NCBI RefSeq assembly: GCF_026210795.1
Contig: NC_089436.1
Coordinates: 1,612,001-1,676,000 of the forward strand
DNA from: Rhizophagus irregularis
Taxonomy: Eukaryota
Length of the DNA: 64,000 nucleotides
Reading direction: 5' to 3'
The translations under genes and the position numbers were made by a program. Position 1 is the stretch's first letter. Each line of letters begins with the position of its first letter. Under the pieces are notes generated by a model that was not told the origin of the DNA, did not search any database, and saw only the letters and a program-made list of their open reading frames with translations. Shown here in pieces: positions 1-13,517 of this stretch.

Positions 1-2006
1 TGTATTTTTATAATTTATTTATATTATATAGATTCATTATAATAAACATTACATCATCAAATAAATGCTTATTTTAGGATATACACCTATTTTTTAACTA
101 ATTAATAATTCAAAATCAATAATTTTATACCATTAAATTCATCTTAATTATACTTTTCATCAAATTGATGAATTACTAACTAAATTGTATTTTAAGACAT
201 AATTAATTCATAGTAATTTTATAATAAATAGTGAATTAATCTGTTTGCCAAAATATAATGTAATTAATTAGCGGAGAAGTATAATCTTAATAAGAAAAAT
301 CTAATGGTAATAAATTTATTTTTCTAATTTTAATCTTTACTAAGATACAATGCAAAGTGATTTTTTATATAATATAAATAAGAGATGTCCTACATACAGT
401 TTATATATTATAGATATATTTATAATTTTAATTTTGTAATAATATCTTAATATTTTTTTATAAATTTTTATATGCCAAAATAATAAGACTATATTATATT
501 TATTTTGTATGGAAAAAAATCACATATTTAAAGAAGTTTTGCGATCTATTATTATTGAATTAATAAAATTAAAATTTTAATTAGTAAAATAAATCTTTTT
601 TTTACTTTAAAAATTATTATACTAGTTATTAATTTTATTATTAAAATTCAGGTTGCGTACTAATAAATATTAGGAAAAAAATGTACGGGGGTTCTATTAA
701 AAATTTAAAATCTATTTTCGAATCAGAATTCTTAAAACTACAGATGGAAAATGTTAAAGCCCAAAATGATAAGATTGTTACCATATGAAAAATTGTGAAA
801 AAATGAAAAAAGTCAACAAGTAGTGCGACACAAATAACGTGTAATATTTATATTAATGAATTTATTTTTAATACCGATTTATTTAAAAATTCATCCTAAC
901 TATACTTATTTTGAAACGAGTATTAATTTGGCAATTTTGGCGCGACAATACTTTTAATTTTTACATAAACATAGATGTCAATGTGATTTTATGCCGATTA
1001 AAAATAAGCAATATTATAATAAGCAGTTATGAGACCATGTTAATACCAAATATAGATGATTTTATGCAGATTTACATACTAGTAAAACAGGATAACGTAT
1101 TACTTGTAAACGCCTGATTATTTACCAAACAACGGATTAAGGTATAAAGGAGATCTACGATAATATCTAATTTTCTTTAAATATTATACATAAATTATAA
1201 ATAATTTTTGTTGCACTTCCCAAAATAATAATAACAAGACAACAAGAAATGTCTTATCTTATCATTATGTTTATCCCGATTTTTTTAATAATATAACCAT
1301 AAAAATAAGGATATACAAAAATTATAGTTACGGCATTTTTCATCGAACAGTGCCTTTCTTAAAGTTACCGATAAAAAAAAAAAATCTTTACTTCACTTAG
1401 AAAGCTTTTAATCAAACTTTCTTATCTAAGCACCTTCTTTCGAACCATCAAAAGGAAAGAAAGATTTCATAGTAAAATGATAAAATTGACGTTCTATGAT
1501 ATTTACCATATTGAAAAATACCATATCAAAATCCGGTTGAAACAATCTGGCTTATGACCAGAAATGTCAATTTTAATGGGATGTATATATCCAGCTATTT
1601 AAATAAAAAAAATATCTATTTTTTTTTAAATTAGCTGGTTTCGTGCATTATTTATAGTTTCAAGTAAGGTAATTTGCAATGATCACAAATAAAGTATTTT
1701 AAATATCTTTAAATATTTAAAGTTGTTCTAGCGATCTATGTTGTATTCATCATTTTGTATGGTCACACATAATATATGCATCTTTAAATTTGAAAGACCT
1801 TTTTGTCAAATGTTGATGCAGAAGAGTAGATTAGTTCTATTTATAGAATTAGATCATTTTATCTTTTATCTTCACCCACTTACTGTGCAAACATTGTGTT
1901 TATATAAATAAATGCACTTTCTCCCATTCACCCCTTAAGCTTCGGTTTGATCAAATTATTTCAATTTTTTCTCTCCAGGCTAAAATATATATATATATAT
2001 ATTATA

Positions 2007-3844
2007 ATGAATATGTTACGTTTTAATGGGTTTAAATGCCTTTTGGTACTTTCGATATTGTGTTATTTAACACATCCTGTTTTATCTGATTGTCGTGATG
2101 CTACATTTGATGTAAATTTCGACTATTTTCCTGATAAAGTTTATTTCGATAATGGTAAGTGTTTTTTATTTTTATTTAATGCTGGTGATACGCACTACCT
2201 ATATATTAAATTTCCGTTTTTTTCATTATTTTAAACTTAGACATAGGAACGAGCAACTCCGGATTTAATGTGACTTACCACAATAATTACGTTATTCTCA
2301 CTAATAAACATACTTCTGAAACATATGTTCTATATTGTACCGCAACTCAGCCTGCTGTAGCTGCTGCCACCAATTATATTCAAGTTCCAGTGACAAATGT
2401 TGTAGTTTCTGATCGAAGTTTTATTTCATTTTTAGAGGTAAATTATTTTTCATTCCTTTCTTTTTTTTCGGTTTAAAATGAAAAAAAAATTAATTAGTCT
2501 TTATTTTACTACAAAAGATTCTAGGGGAAGAAAAAACATCATTAAAATATGTTGATGATAAAAAAACTATTACCTCTCCCTGCTTACAAAAATATAATTA
2601 TTTATATGATAATTTCAATTATGCAAATACATCTTTAGTTTCAAGTGTCGACGTCATATTTACGAACAAACCTTCAAATACAGGAGGAAAATATGTTACA
2701 ATTTCTTATGATGAAGACACTCCGGCGTTACAGGTAAATTGATCAGTTTTTATATTTTGTGTAATGCAGAGTATGTCACTAATTTATTTTTATTCTTGTG
2801 TTACAAAAAATTAGAAAGCCGAATGGATTAAATACATGTCACTCTTTTTTAATAAAACTGCTATTGCTAATGAAGCTTTCGATAAAATTAGAAGCAATTA
2901 TTTTTGTCACTTGGATAATCTTTCTAAAGTACCAAATGAAACAAAAAAGTCAATTGCTTGGGTGTCCCTCGAAAGTGATAAAACTTTCACCATTAAATCA
3001 TCTTCATTTTATCCAAATGTTACTTCGGATGCAGGTATGTTAAAAGAGATATAAATTATAAATATTTTAGTTCATGCAAATAACATAATCATTTTTTTTT
3101 CTAGCCGCTTTTCTCTTGAATCCCCAGATAACAACTGATCTTTCGGTTGACGATTTAAAACAATACATTTCTGGAGCATACATTGTAATTGATATGTCAG
3201 ATCTTATTACACAATATAGTACACTTGATGCATGGAAAAATCTCTTTGGATATAATCAAACATCAGATCTTCCAAGATTTCTTAAAGAAAAACTTTTATT
3301 CCGTACTCACAAGTTATTAAATTCTAATGGAAATGACGATTGGTCGGAAAGTTCTGCATCTCGACCTGATTTAATATTACAAGATTTGATAGCTATACAA
3401 TATCCATCATATCAGAAAGATTACGTTGTTAATTGGTTTAATAAATTCGCTGAAACTGGAGATGAAGTCGTTATTTCAGCAGATAAGTGTAATGACGCTA
3501 CTTTCGGTTTACCAAAAACTGATTTTGGAACTTGTGTGCCAACTAAATTCCTTGGTGATGGTAGAAACAATAGTGGAATTCAAATCATGGATGTTGGTAG
3601 AAATGAAGGTGATGATAATCATAATAAAGATGGTGACAGTATTAATAACGATAAGAAGGAAAATAAAGTGAAGCCTGGTGTTATTATTGCAGTATCTTTG
3701 GTAGGATCTTTATTACTACTTGGTCTTGGAGCTGTGTTATTAGCAGTTTCAAGAAGAAAATACAGAGAAAGATTTGTTAAATTAAGAGATGAACCAGTAG
3801 TTCAGATGGATAGTGTAAAAGAAGTAAAGGAAGTAAAAGTTTAA
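2007..3844 (+). CDS. Periplasmic-binding-protein-like (BtuF/TroA fold, CBA1-like) membrane-anchored protein, 5 exons (2007-2154, 2241-2437, 2518-2733, 2815-3034, 3105-3844)
   Basis: GT..AG introns join the ORF fragments in frame. N-terminal signal peptide (CLLVLSILCYLTHPVLS); motifs KAEWIKYMSLFFN and NDDWSESSASRPDLILQDLI typical of this substrate-binding family; C-terminal TM helix followed by basic RRKYR. Confidence 0.75.
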
Positions 3845-4619
3845 GAAAGTATATTTGGATATGATAAATAGTAAACTATCCGTATAGAATATAACAAGTC
3901 GTTTTATTATTGTATATTTATGTACATTAAGAATATTAAGAATTTATTTATATATAATTTTAATAAATTTTTTTTTTATAATCAAAAGCGAAAACTAATT
4001 TAAAATGATAACTCGAATTCGAAATTGAAAATTTGTATATTTCACAATAAACCTAATGATAACTTGGATAAACCATATATAGAATAGATAATAGTAAAAA
4101 ATAGACAATGAAAGTTTGCGTAATAGTTTTGTTTTTTACAACATTTCTTTGAAGAGTAATCGGGAACAAGCACACAACAATCGGGCATACAATAAGAGAA
4201 CAATTAGCATATTATAATTAGACTACAGATATAAAGAAATTTCTGATATGAAGAATCGTCTTCCAGAATATCGTTTCGCATTTTATAACAGTAAGTGATA
4301 GTTATGTTCCTTGAAATGTTTATTTGAAATTATGGAGAATGAGAAGCAATTAATAATTCGACTACAGATATCAATAACAAGTATTCGAATACAAAGAAAA
4401 TGGTATGGAGTATAGTTTATGGTAATCAATAAGAATGTAGGAAGTCTACAACACTGATCCTCTATATTGATTTTTTTCTTAACCTTTGGACATTAGTCTT
4501 TTAGAATAATTTTATCATCATGAGAGCTTCGCTCGGTTATACTGGTTAGAACTCAATATGTATAACGAATTCACAGTAAAGCAATATAAAAATCGTTTAT
4601 AAATTTTCACATTGGGTAA

Positions 4620-5050
4620 ATGGTCATCGGTCCTACCGGTCCTACTCAGTCTGGACCGGTCAATCCCAGGACTTGTAGGACCGGACTGCGATCTTTCATT
4701 TTTTCTTAGCGCAGTAGGACCAGTCCTGAGACTGACCTGGTCTTTGTATTGGTCTTTATATATAAGTTATTACATGCATATTGAAACTTCTAGAAAAGAC
4801 TGTCTCCCTGTCTCCAAGGTAAAAAAGAAAATTAATGTTAATAAAGTATAATAAATCCATCTTTATACATGTTATTTGCTTATAATATACGTTTGGAATG
4901 GTTCTATAAATAAAAAATTTTTTATTTGCAGAAAAAAGAAAAAAGACTGATCAGTCTTAAAAAGACTGCAGTCCTTAAAAAGACCGTCAGTTTTATTGTA
5001 CGTGTTACTGGACCGAAAGACCACGATTCTACATCAAGACCGTCTTTTTT
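4620..5050. repeat. Degenerate transposon-end remnant with GGACCG/CGGTCC/AGACTG short repeats
   Basis: Clusters of ggaccggtc and aagactg/cagtc motifs at 4620-4760 and 4945-5050; no TSD resolved. Confidence 0.35.
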
Positions 5051-6123
5051 AATAAAGTATCCAACACCAGCTGTTTTATCACGTGTTCATGCATAACTCT
5101 GCATAACTCTGGCCAAATTTGTCAAGCAAATGTGGAAACCGTGCTGTATAAATTGACATTATAATACTGATATAAAGTAACAGGAAACTGTATTTAAAAG
5201 ATCTTTAATATAATGGTACCGTTGCATTGCATCTTCAGGTAAAAGCTATCCAAATTAATTTTGGTATAATTAGCTATATTGGATAGGTGATTTTGAAGTT
5301 ATTGGTATTGTGCATAAATTTTTTGACAGGAATCTACTGTATATACCTTTAGATCATTAGCTGGCTGATATGCTGATATATCATTCAATTGTATTTGTTT
5401 CATAGATTTGTTAATTTGTTCTAAGTTGTTTGCATATTTTCACATTGAAGATGTAAATAAAGACTTCTTCAATAATATTCTCCCAATTTTTACTAGCTGT
5501 TCATAGTTATGCTGCTGATAATTCTAATGAAGAAGCTAATTTTTCAAGTTTGTTATGCTCAAGATTATATTTAGCATGGTTTCCAGTAAAATAATAAAGA
5601 TTATAATTTTAGTTTTTTTGATATTGATCTAATTTATTGAATAATTCTTCAAGTAAAAGTAGTCATTCTATAAATTTTGTACAATGTGGATCTATGTACC
5701 ATAATGCTGCTATTAGATATTCAACAAACCTTTTTCCAAAAGTATTTTATTATTTTTGTGTTTTGTTTCTCCATTCAACCATTTTACTTTGAAATAATTT
5801 AATGATATTATTATAAAGTAAATCCATGCTAGGGATTGGAATTAATTCTGCAATAGTTGAATTAATCGAAAATTGTTTCTGAATCGATTAATCAAAAATC
5901 GCATAAAAAAATTGAATCTGACGTTTAAACAATTTTTTCATTCTTATGACCTTTTATGATCTTAGTCAATTGTTTCCATTGATGTTTGACCTAAAAATAA
6001 TATAAAAAATTTGTGTTTTAACAATTAAATAAAATTTTAATTCTGGCCAGCATTAATTCTTGGCCGGAATTAACTTAGTGTAACTTAGGGGATTTTGGTT
6101 ATAAGATGGCACTGAAGCCATAC

Positions 6124-6411
6124 GGGCGCATTTTTGGAATTTGACATACCCTTCATATGAGGACAACCGGTTACATCGAACAATTTAATATATTATTGAC
6201 ACACCTCTTACCTGAATTAATTGGTTAGATTTATTATAACCAAATCAACATATGTCTCAAATTAGCATGATTAATTATATAAGAAAAGTATCAATTATAC
6301 AGTTTTAAAATATTATTAATATAAACTGATAATTTAGACCATATACTAATTTTAAAATATATGTCAATTTGATCTACAACAGACTAATAAGCCTATTTCA
6401 AAAATGCGCCC
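6124..6411. mobile_element. MITE with GGGCGCATTTTT terminal inverted repeats
   Basis: gggcgcattttt at 6124 and aaaaatgcgccc ending at 6411; flanks atac/atat may be an imperfect 4-bp TSD. Confidence 0.55.
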
Positions 6412-6564
6412 ATATGCTTATACCAATTAATAGGGAATACATGCGTTTATAAGTAGCTAGTGCTTCTAACAGATCAGTTCAGATCGGATTCAGCTTAAAT
6501 TTGATCTGATCTGATCTGAATCTGACCAGATCTGGTTCAATTTGATCTGAATCTGGTTCAGATC

Positions 6565-7669
6565 AGGGGCCCCCCGAACAATATATATAAAGGTAGGTTT
6601 TGAGTTTGTTTTAACTAAGCAACTATAAAAATTTTTTCCTATGTGAGATTTATTATTACTTATTTGATAACATAATTTTTAAATAGTCAGATATAATTAT
6701 GCGTAACAGAGTATTAAATTATTAATAGTCAGATATATATTTGCGTAGCAGGATAGAATTTTTTAATATATATATATAATATAATATATATTTACATTTT
6801 CACATTAAAAAAATCTAATAAAATATGTAAACAAAGTTATAAACATATTTGTATAAAAAAAATTTACTATTTTTAATACAAAGAATAAGTTAATTGTATA
6901 CGTAATACAGAGAACATTTTTAGATGGGATCATGTAACATGTTTTTGATAAAATAAATACGCGTCCACATAACATTAAAATTATAAATCATATACGCGTT
7001 CGTGTAATATTTAAAAAATATATATTTAAAATGAGAGCAATGGGTGGATGAGAAGGGAAAAATAAGTGTTTTTCTGTTTTTTTATAATTTTACACTATAA
7101 TTTTTGTAATAATCAATAAAAGTTATTTCATTTTTACTTAGAAAAATATTTTTTTTGACAAATTTTACAGTAAATTTTAAAAATAAAAATTCTGTGTATT
7201 GGTGGCGTTATAAAAAACATGAATAAATCCATAAATATCTATTCAATCATGATATAAATTTATATGTAAGCGATTTGAACCTTTGCTCCGAAGAACAACT
7301 TTCTTTTAAGAAGGTTTTGGATGTTTTACTTTTGAACTGCACTAAATTACGGCTACGAAGTCACAGAACAGATATATGAAATATTAATAAGAAACATTTA
7401 TAAGTTGTAATATTACAAAAAAATAATAATAGCTTTATCCATACATTATTTCAAAAATTTTTATTTTTTTAGTTTTTTTTATATACATATTTTATAAAAA
7501 AAATTATATATAAATATATATGTCATAAAATAAGTTGCTTAGCAGTGTAAAAAATTTATGGATTAGATAAAAGTTTGCTTAGTATAGTAGACATGAAAAA
7601 TATTTGCTTATTGACCTTAGTAAATTTTAAATTTTTTATCTGACCTATATATATATTGTTCGGGGTCCT
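6565..7669. mobile_element. Non-autonomous TIR element with 8-bp TSD
   Basis: TIR AGGGGCCCCCCGAACAATATATATA / TATATATATTGTTCGGGGTCCT; perfect TSD TTCAGATC at 6557-6564 and 7670-7677. Confidence 0.75.
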
Positions 7670-7733
7670 TTCAGATCCATTTGAATCTGATTTGAATCTA
7701 ATCTGAATTTAGTTCAGATCTGATTCTTATCTT

Positions 7734-8241
7734 TAGAGTTCCGAATGAGTCAGGTCAAGTCAGGTTAATTGATAAACCTAACCTGAAATTTTTTTTTAGG
7801 TCAGGTCAGGTCAGGTTATATCAGATTATCTGTTTGATCTGACCTGAACTGAAATCTGAAAATTTTTAGGATTTATATTAAAATATCAAAAAAAAAATGG
7901 TGCAAAACATTTTTTTGAAATATTGTGATTCAGTTTTTTATATTAAAATTGTATAAAAAGGTTAATTGCAATACTGCAAACTTTTTAAATATAAAATAAA
8001 TATAAAAAAATGAATTCTGATACTGCAATTCACTTTTATTATATAAAATCAATATAAAAAGTGAATTATACTGTAATACCATAACTCACTTATTATATAA
8101 AATTATAGTTTCAGATCAACAAGTCATTCAGGTTATACTGATGTTACAATCTGAACTGATGCTGAATTGCTAAACCTGGCATGAAAAATTCAGGACAACC
8201 TGTCAGGTTACCTGAATTTAGACAACCTGTTCAGAACTCTA
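7734..8241. mobile_element. hAT-type MITE
   Basis: Termini TAGAGTTC...GAACTCTA; TSD CTTATCTT (7726-7733) / CTTATCCT (8242-8249); internal TCAGG/CCTGA repeats. Confidence 0.7.
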
Positions 8242-8246
8242 CTTAT

Positions 8247-8652
8247 CCTAAAAAAAAGGAAGGGAATGTTAATTACATTTCTCAAGTAAAAATAAAAATA
8301 AAAATAAAAAAAACAAATTTATCATAGTTCATTCTTTTAAATCCTAGTTGTTCAGCTTCGTCTCACGTCCAGATTTCCTAAAAAAAGAGAACGTTAATTA
8401 TGTTCCCTTAAGTAAAAAAAAAAAATAAAATAAAAGAAACAAACTTACTATAGTTCGTTCTTTTAAATCCTAATTGTTCCTTTGTCTTACGTCCAGGTTT
8501 CCTAAAAAAAAAGAAAGGGAACGTTAATTATGTTCTTTTAAGTAAAAAAAAATAAAATAAAAATAAAAGAAACGAACTTACCATAGTTCGTTCTTTTAAA
8601 TCCTGATCGTTCCTTCATTTCACGTATAAGTTTTCTAAAAAAAAAAGAAAGG
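8247..8652 (-). repeat. ~120-bp tandem array of intron/micro-exon-like units (continues at 13574-13830)
   Basis: On the minus strand each unit reads GTAAGTT (or variant)...pyrimidine tract...ATTAAC...TTTTTAG plus a ~50-bp exon-like segment; the array resumes directly after the insertion ending at 13573. Confidence 0.65.
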
Positions 8653-10237
8653 ACTGGATAACACTTTTATAAGAGTATTATCCAGTTCCGCTATAATGCT
8701 ATCTAGTTATGAGTAAACTGTTACCTAGTTACGAATAAATTGCTATCTAGTTATTTGTTTTCATGATCTGTGGCTATTTTATTGCTTTATTGATATCCAC
8801 TTGTTTTTATTGCTCTGTAACCTTTTTATTACTTTGTAGATATTTGCTTGATTTTATTACTCTATCCTCTTTTTATTACCTTCTAGCTATCTGCTTGTTT
8901 TCATTGCTCTGTGATCTTTTTGTGGCCAAGATGCTAAGCCGGCAATGATTGCAAAAAAATCATGTTGTGATCGTGTGGTGCAGTTAATTTGCTAATCATA
9001 TTTTAGCTGGCACTATAGCATAATTTCTGGCCAATCTTTAGGACGGAATATCTTGGCTTCCTGTAATTGGTTTCATGCGGTTTTGTAGTCGTTTAAAAAA
9101 GGGCATTGAGAGCTTTTCAATGATGCTAAGATCGCATAAATCGGATGTCTGGATGTCGAGTTATTGAGTTTCAAAGTTTTGGAAAAAAATATGGATTAAT
9201 GCTGGCTGAAATTAATAAAATTTACTGCGCCAATCACGTGTTCAGTTTCTCGCCAATTCCAAGCACTTTCCCGTCACTTTTGAGTAACTTTTGAGAGCCT
9301 GATTTAGTGGTCAGTTGGTTAAAGAATCGGAGGTGTGATAGTTATTATTATGGCTGGCTTATTTGATTGCCGGATGAGATATGAAGTGCCGAATTTGCAA
9401 TCCATCTATTTGTTAAAGATGTGTTGCAATCCATTCACTTACTTTTTGATTGCCGGTGAGGCACAAAGTGCCGATATTGTGCCATTCTTGCAATCCCGTC
9501 TATGACCATTTTGATTGCTAAGGATGAGGCATGAAGTGCCGAATTGGTTCAGAATTTACAGCTTTTATACCCTTTTTCATGTATTCTTCTGAACCTTTCT
9601 GCCTTACTGACCTCTTTCCCGCTTATTACCTGGTGACCCACTTGAGTATAACTTCTTTTTTCTTTCCTATATATAATTCTGCTTGAGTGGGTCACCATTT
9701 TTTCACGTATCCTTCTGAACTTTTCTGACTTTCTGACTTTTTTCCTGCCTATCGCCGGTAGTATCTATAAGCATTACTTTCTATTTTCTTTCCTATATAT
9801 TATTCTACTCGTGGATACTACCAAATCTATATCCTAGTTTTTATCCCTGCATTCCTTGAACTCTTTCTCATATAATTACTACTTTTGGATACTTTAGGTA
9901 TTACTGCATCGATTGCTTTTGGGTATTACTTTTGGATACTACCACATCGATTACTTTCTTTCGGTTTAGCACTAGATATTACCACTATCCCAGTATTTTG
10001 CTAGCAAACATATTCGCTTAAAATTATATAAAATTTTTATTTTGAAGATTTACAGATTTTTATGTAATTTTATACTGCTTTCTTGCATATATATACTATG
10101 CTTCTTGCGCAAAAAAGTCTGGGCTGTGCCCTCCCGTTTATTTTAACTTTTCTGAATTTGCATATATCCAGATCGATTCTTCTGAGTTCTGACTAAACTA
10201 GTTTGAAGCTGATGATCACTACCACAAATTTCTGTAT

Positions 10238-10750
10238 ATGATATTCTATTATGCCTATAAAATACAAGACGAAATTGATACTAAAGCTCTGGCATATGCC
10301 CAGAGGCGTGAAGGAAGATGCTTAGCTAAAGTTAGTCCTAATACATATTTATAGAAATGTAAGAAAAATTATCAATGGGAGGCGCCATATAAAATATGAA
10401 GCAAAATTATAGGTGATGTAATATTTGCCTTAATATATCAGAAAGAACATGCCAGTATATTTTTGAAGATTTATTAAATAAAAAATTTCCACTCTGAAAA
10501 CCTAAATTCTTGGAGGAAGTATAATGAAGAGCTAGGTTTGGACTTTGAATATAGTGGTAGCCAACATTATCAAATTGTTCCTTTTTTTCACCTGCAAGGA
10601 CAGATGAATCTAGACGTACAAATCTGGCGTGATTGGAAAAAAAGAGCGCTATGCTACAGGGAAGGAGTAATTCTTATAACTATACCCTACTGCATAGTAG
10701 ATTTAGAAACTTTTATAAGGAGCGCTTATACGTATTTGGTTATCTCCTAA
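10238..10750 (+). pseudogene. Zn-ribbon + PD-(D/E)XK (Vsr/DUF559-like) nuclease pseudogene
   Basis: Reads AYAQRREGRCL...YQWEAPY...CNIC...SERTCQYIFEDLL...YNEELGLDFEYSGSQHY...RDWKKRALC...LITIPY with stops and frameshifts; homologous to 60114-60719. Confidence 0.75.
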
Positions 10751-10753
10751 TAC

Positions 10754-11927
10754 CTACCTAGGAGGCAACATAGGCTCTTCTTTAATATGCATTAATTGTT
10801 CTCTTACAAAGGGACACTGAGGTCCTGAATCATCTAAATAATATAAAACAGGTATTGGAGGATTTCTCCCAACAACAATTTTCTAGATTTTATGCAGGTT
10901 GGGAGACCATATCAGATCTGTTATTTTGCGTCATTTGAAAGGATCATTTTCTCACTCTCCAGGAGCAAGCAAAAATCGAATAGTAGTACTCTTTGGTAGT
11001 TGTGATTTATTAACACCTATTGGGTGATTATATTTTACTGATGGTTTGGAATATATCCGCTCAAGTTTTGTGGCGTCATTAAGACTCATCTCAATCAATT
11101 GAGTTGGGCTATTATTTATATTATCAACAATTTTTCTTGCAAACTGCTCACATTTTCTACAGCACTTGCCAGTAGGTAGGAAAAACTCTATTGAATACTG
11201 ATTTTTAAAAACTCTATATTTGAATAATCCAGCATAATGATCGATCATTGTGAAACTTGTATGCCTGAAACGTGCTATAATTTTTTGGATCTTAATGTCA
11301 TGTTTATCCATTAATAAAGTTACGTATCCCATAAACTCAGTGCCCTTATCATATTGTATTTTTTGAGGCCAGTTAAAAGGTTTATCAGGATTATCATATA
11401 TACTCTTAAATGCTTCCGCAACTTCCTCACTGCTCTTTGATGTTAAAAAAATGAAATCTTTATATCTAGTCGCGCAGTCTATAACCAATAGTACATAGTA
11501 ATATATTGGGCCATTATTTAGTAAATTTGTATTCACATCTTCATTATATGGTATTTCAATTAAATCATATTGGACATTGGTGTACAGTATTTGGCTTCGT
11601 GATTTTAGAGTAACTGGCATAAGGTATATGCTTTAGTGAAGGATGAAAAATTTGATATATTGCCTGCCTATCAAGCCATTTTTTTACATCAGTAAATGGA
11701 AAGCTGTAGCCAGCTTTTTTACAAGTGTCCTATAATCCCTTAGTATTTTGATAAAAACCCTCAGAATGATAATATAGTTTTTGTAAAGCAAGATGCCGGT
11801 CTAAATCATGAGCTTTTTGAGAATCAATATTAATTGTAGGTGTTTGTTTTGCTATAATATGGTCTAGTTCTCGCACTTTCTGAGAATCAATATAAATAAC
11901 TGGTCTTTTGGCTTGGTGCTTTTCCAT
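10754..11927 (-). pseudogene. Polinton-type retroviral-like (rve) integrase pseudogene
   Basis: Motifs LQKLYY, VQYDLI, LLVIDCATRYK, IQYDKGTEF, C-terminal IRFLLAPGE...WSPNLHKI...PVLYYLD; in-frame stops and a frameshift; homologous to 59075-60136. Confidence 0.85.
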
Positions 11928-11976
11928 TCCAATTTTTATAATTACGAAAAAAAGCTGGTATCTATTAAGTCAGATT

Positions 11977-12982
11977 CTACTCATTAGCTTGGACATTTTT
12001 TTTCCTACACTTATGCCTAGCTTCTAACTCCTTCTGCAGGTTTAGTGGAGTATCAAAACTTAGCAGACAGATTGCAAGGGGATCATCTTCCGGCCTAGTG
12101 AGATCAAATACAACAAACTTACCTTTGTAAAGGTAGCTATTAATAACCAAAGATACATCTTTCACATCATCAGTATATCGCCCAATGATTTTGGATACAT
12201 CTTAAGAGTTGCTTCCTGCATTATATATTACTAAAAAGGAGATATTTTCACAAATAATTATTAGAACATGATGGTACTTTTGAATGACATAGCATAGAGA
12301 AATATTTTGATGACGTCCATGTGTAAAAAATGGAATAATTTGATTTTGGATATATTTTGGAGCCACTAAGGTTGCAGGCGAAACCCCATAGTAAACGCGA
12401 AACTTGACAAAACTATATTAAAATATTAATAAAAATTTGGCGAAACTTAACTATAAAAATCATATGAAATGACAAAACTATAATAAACTCTTATAAAAAA
12501 ATTGACAAAACTGAGGTTTAGACGTTTTGCCAAATTCAAAAACCAGTTTAACCTGCAACCTTAGGAGCCATACATAAATTCTCAAAAATAATTACAGTAC
12601 TCCTTTCTGGTGAAAAGGATTTTACATTAGGGATTCTTTCTGATGATATGTAGCTGAATCTGATATTCTTATAATAGGGCGCTTTAGAATTACTTGCAAT
12701 CAATCCATACATATATCTAACAAATGTCCATTTTAGTTTGTCAGGATGGTAACCACAAACTATTAGATTATTACATTTAATATATCAGGATCTGCCCTTT
12801 TATCTTTTATGTATATGCTCACTTTTATCTCCAAGAACAAGGTTCGGAAGTAAATTAGTCTTACCTGTACCACTTCTCTCTGTGACTAACATAGCAAATG
12901 GCCATGACATTGCTGGATGTCTAATATTTTGGAAAGATTCATGCTTTGTGGCCTTATCCATATTTATAAGGTAAAGTTTCAT
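11977..12982 (-). pseudogene. A32/FtsK-HerA-type packaging ATPase pseudogene, interrupted by a MITE
   Basis: WPFAMLVTERSGTGKTN (Walker A), IIPFFTHGRHQNIS, KFVVFDLT; homologous to 60779-61555. Confidence 0.8.
12367..12563. mobile_element. hAT-type MITE inserted in the ATPase pseudogene
   Basis: TIR TAAGGTTGCAGG / CCTGCAACCTTA; TSD GGAGCCAC (12359-12366) / GGAGCCAT (12564-12571). Confidence 0.8.
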
Positions 12983-13016
12983 AGGGGATAGTTCTGTCTT
13001 TTAGTTCTTCTATGTA

Positions 13017-13517
13017 TCAGATTGAAAATCCATAACTATAATTTCTATTTATGGGTATTTTATAATTCAGAAGATTTTTTTCTTCATTAATAAGTGAAAT
13101 AAAAGAATATAGATAAGAGAATATACACCATAGAAAGTATATGATTAGTAATACTATTGTGAAGATGATTGCATGCTGAAAAAATGAGGAATAAGATGAT
13201 TCTGAAGTTATTTTAGGACTAGAGATTTTGTTACCCTTCTCCAGTCCTTTATCACCTCCAATCGCTTCATTTTGCTTAGATTCGCTGGATGTTTTTGAAA
13301 TATGCTCTAATAAAAGAGAATTAGTTTCTTGAAGGGTGGAATCTTTCTCTATCACTGCCTTTTGTGCTGAAAGTAAATCATCTCTCACCCGCATTAATTC
13401 ATCCTTTTTTTTGGCCAGTATATCTTTTAACTCTGTATTTGCCAATTCTAAACTAATATTTTCATTAGATAGTTTTATGTATTCCAGTTCAGATTTACAC
13501 TTTAACAGTTTACTCAT
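13017..13517 (-). CDS. Coiled-coil protein with C-terminal TM helix (probably 5'-truncated element gene)
   Basis: 166-aa ORF with heptad-rich N-terminus and hydrophobic AIIFTIVLLIIYFLWCIF; its ATG lies inside the right TIR; same architecture as 53813-54871. Confidence 0.45.
   Translation of the reverse strand: MSKLLKCKSELEYIKLSNENISLELANTELKDILAKKKDELMRVRDDLLSAQKAVIEKDSTLQETNSLLLEHISKTSSESKQNEAIGGDKGLEKGNKISSPKITSESSYSSFFQHAIIFTIVLLIIYFLWCIFSYLYSFISLINEEKNLLNYKIPINRNYSYGFSI

Noticed and set aside
8247..8652. Regularly spaced repeats as a CRISPR array
   Set aside because: Whole ~120-bp units repeat, with no unique spacers; eukaryotic context, no cas genes, and the units look like introns.
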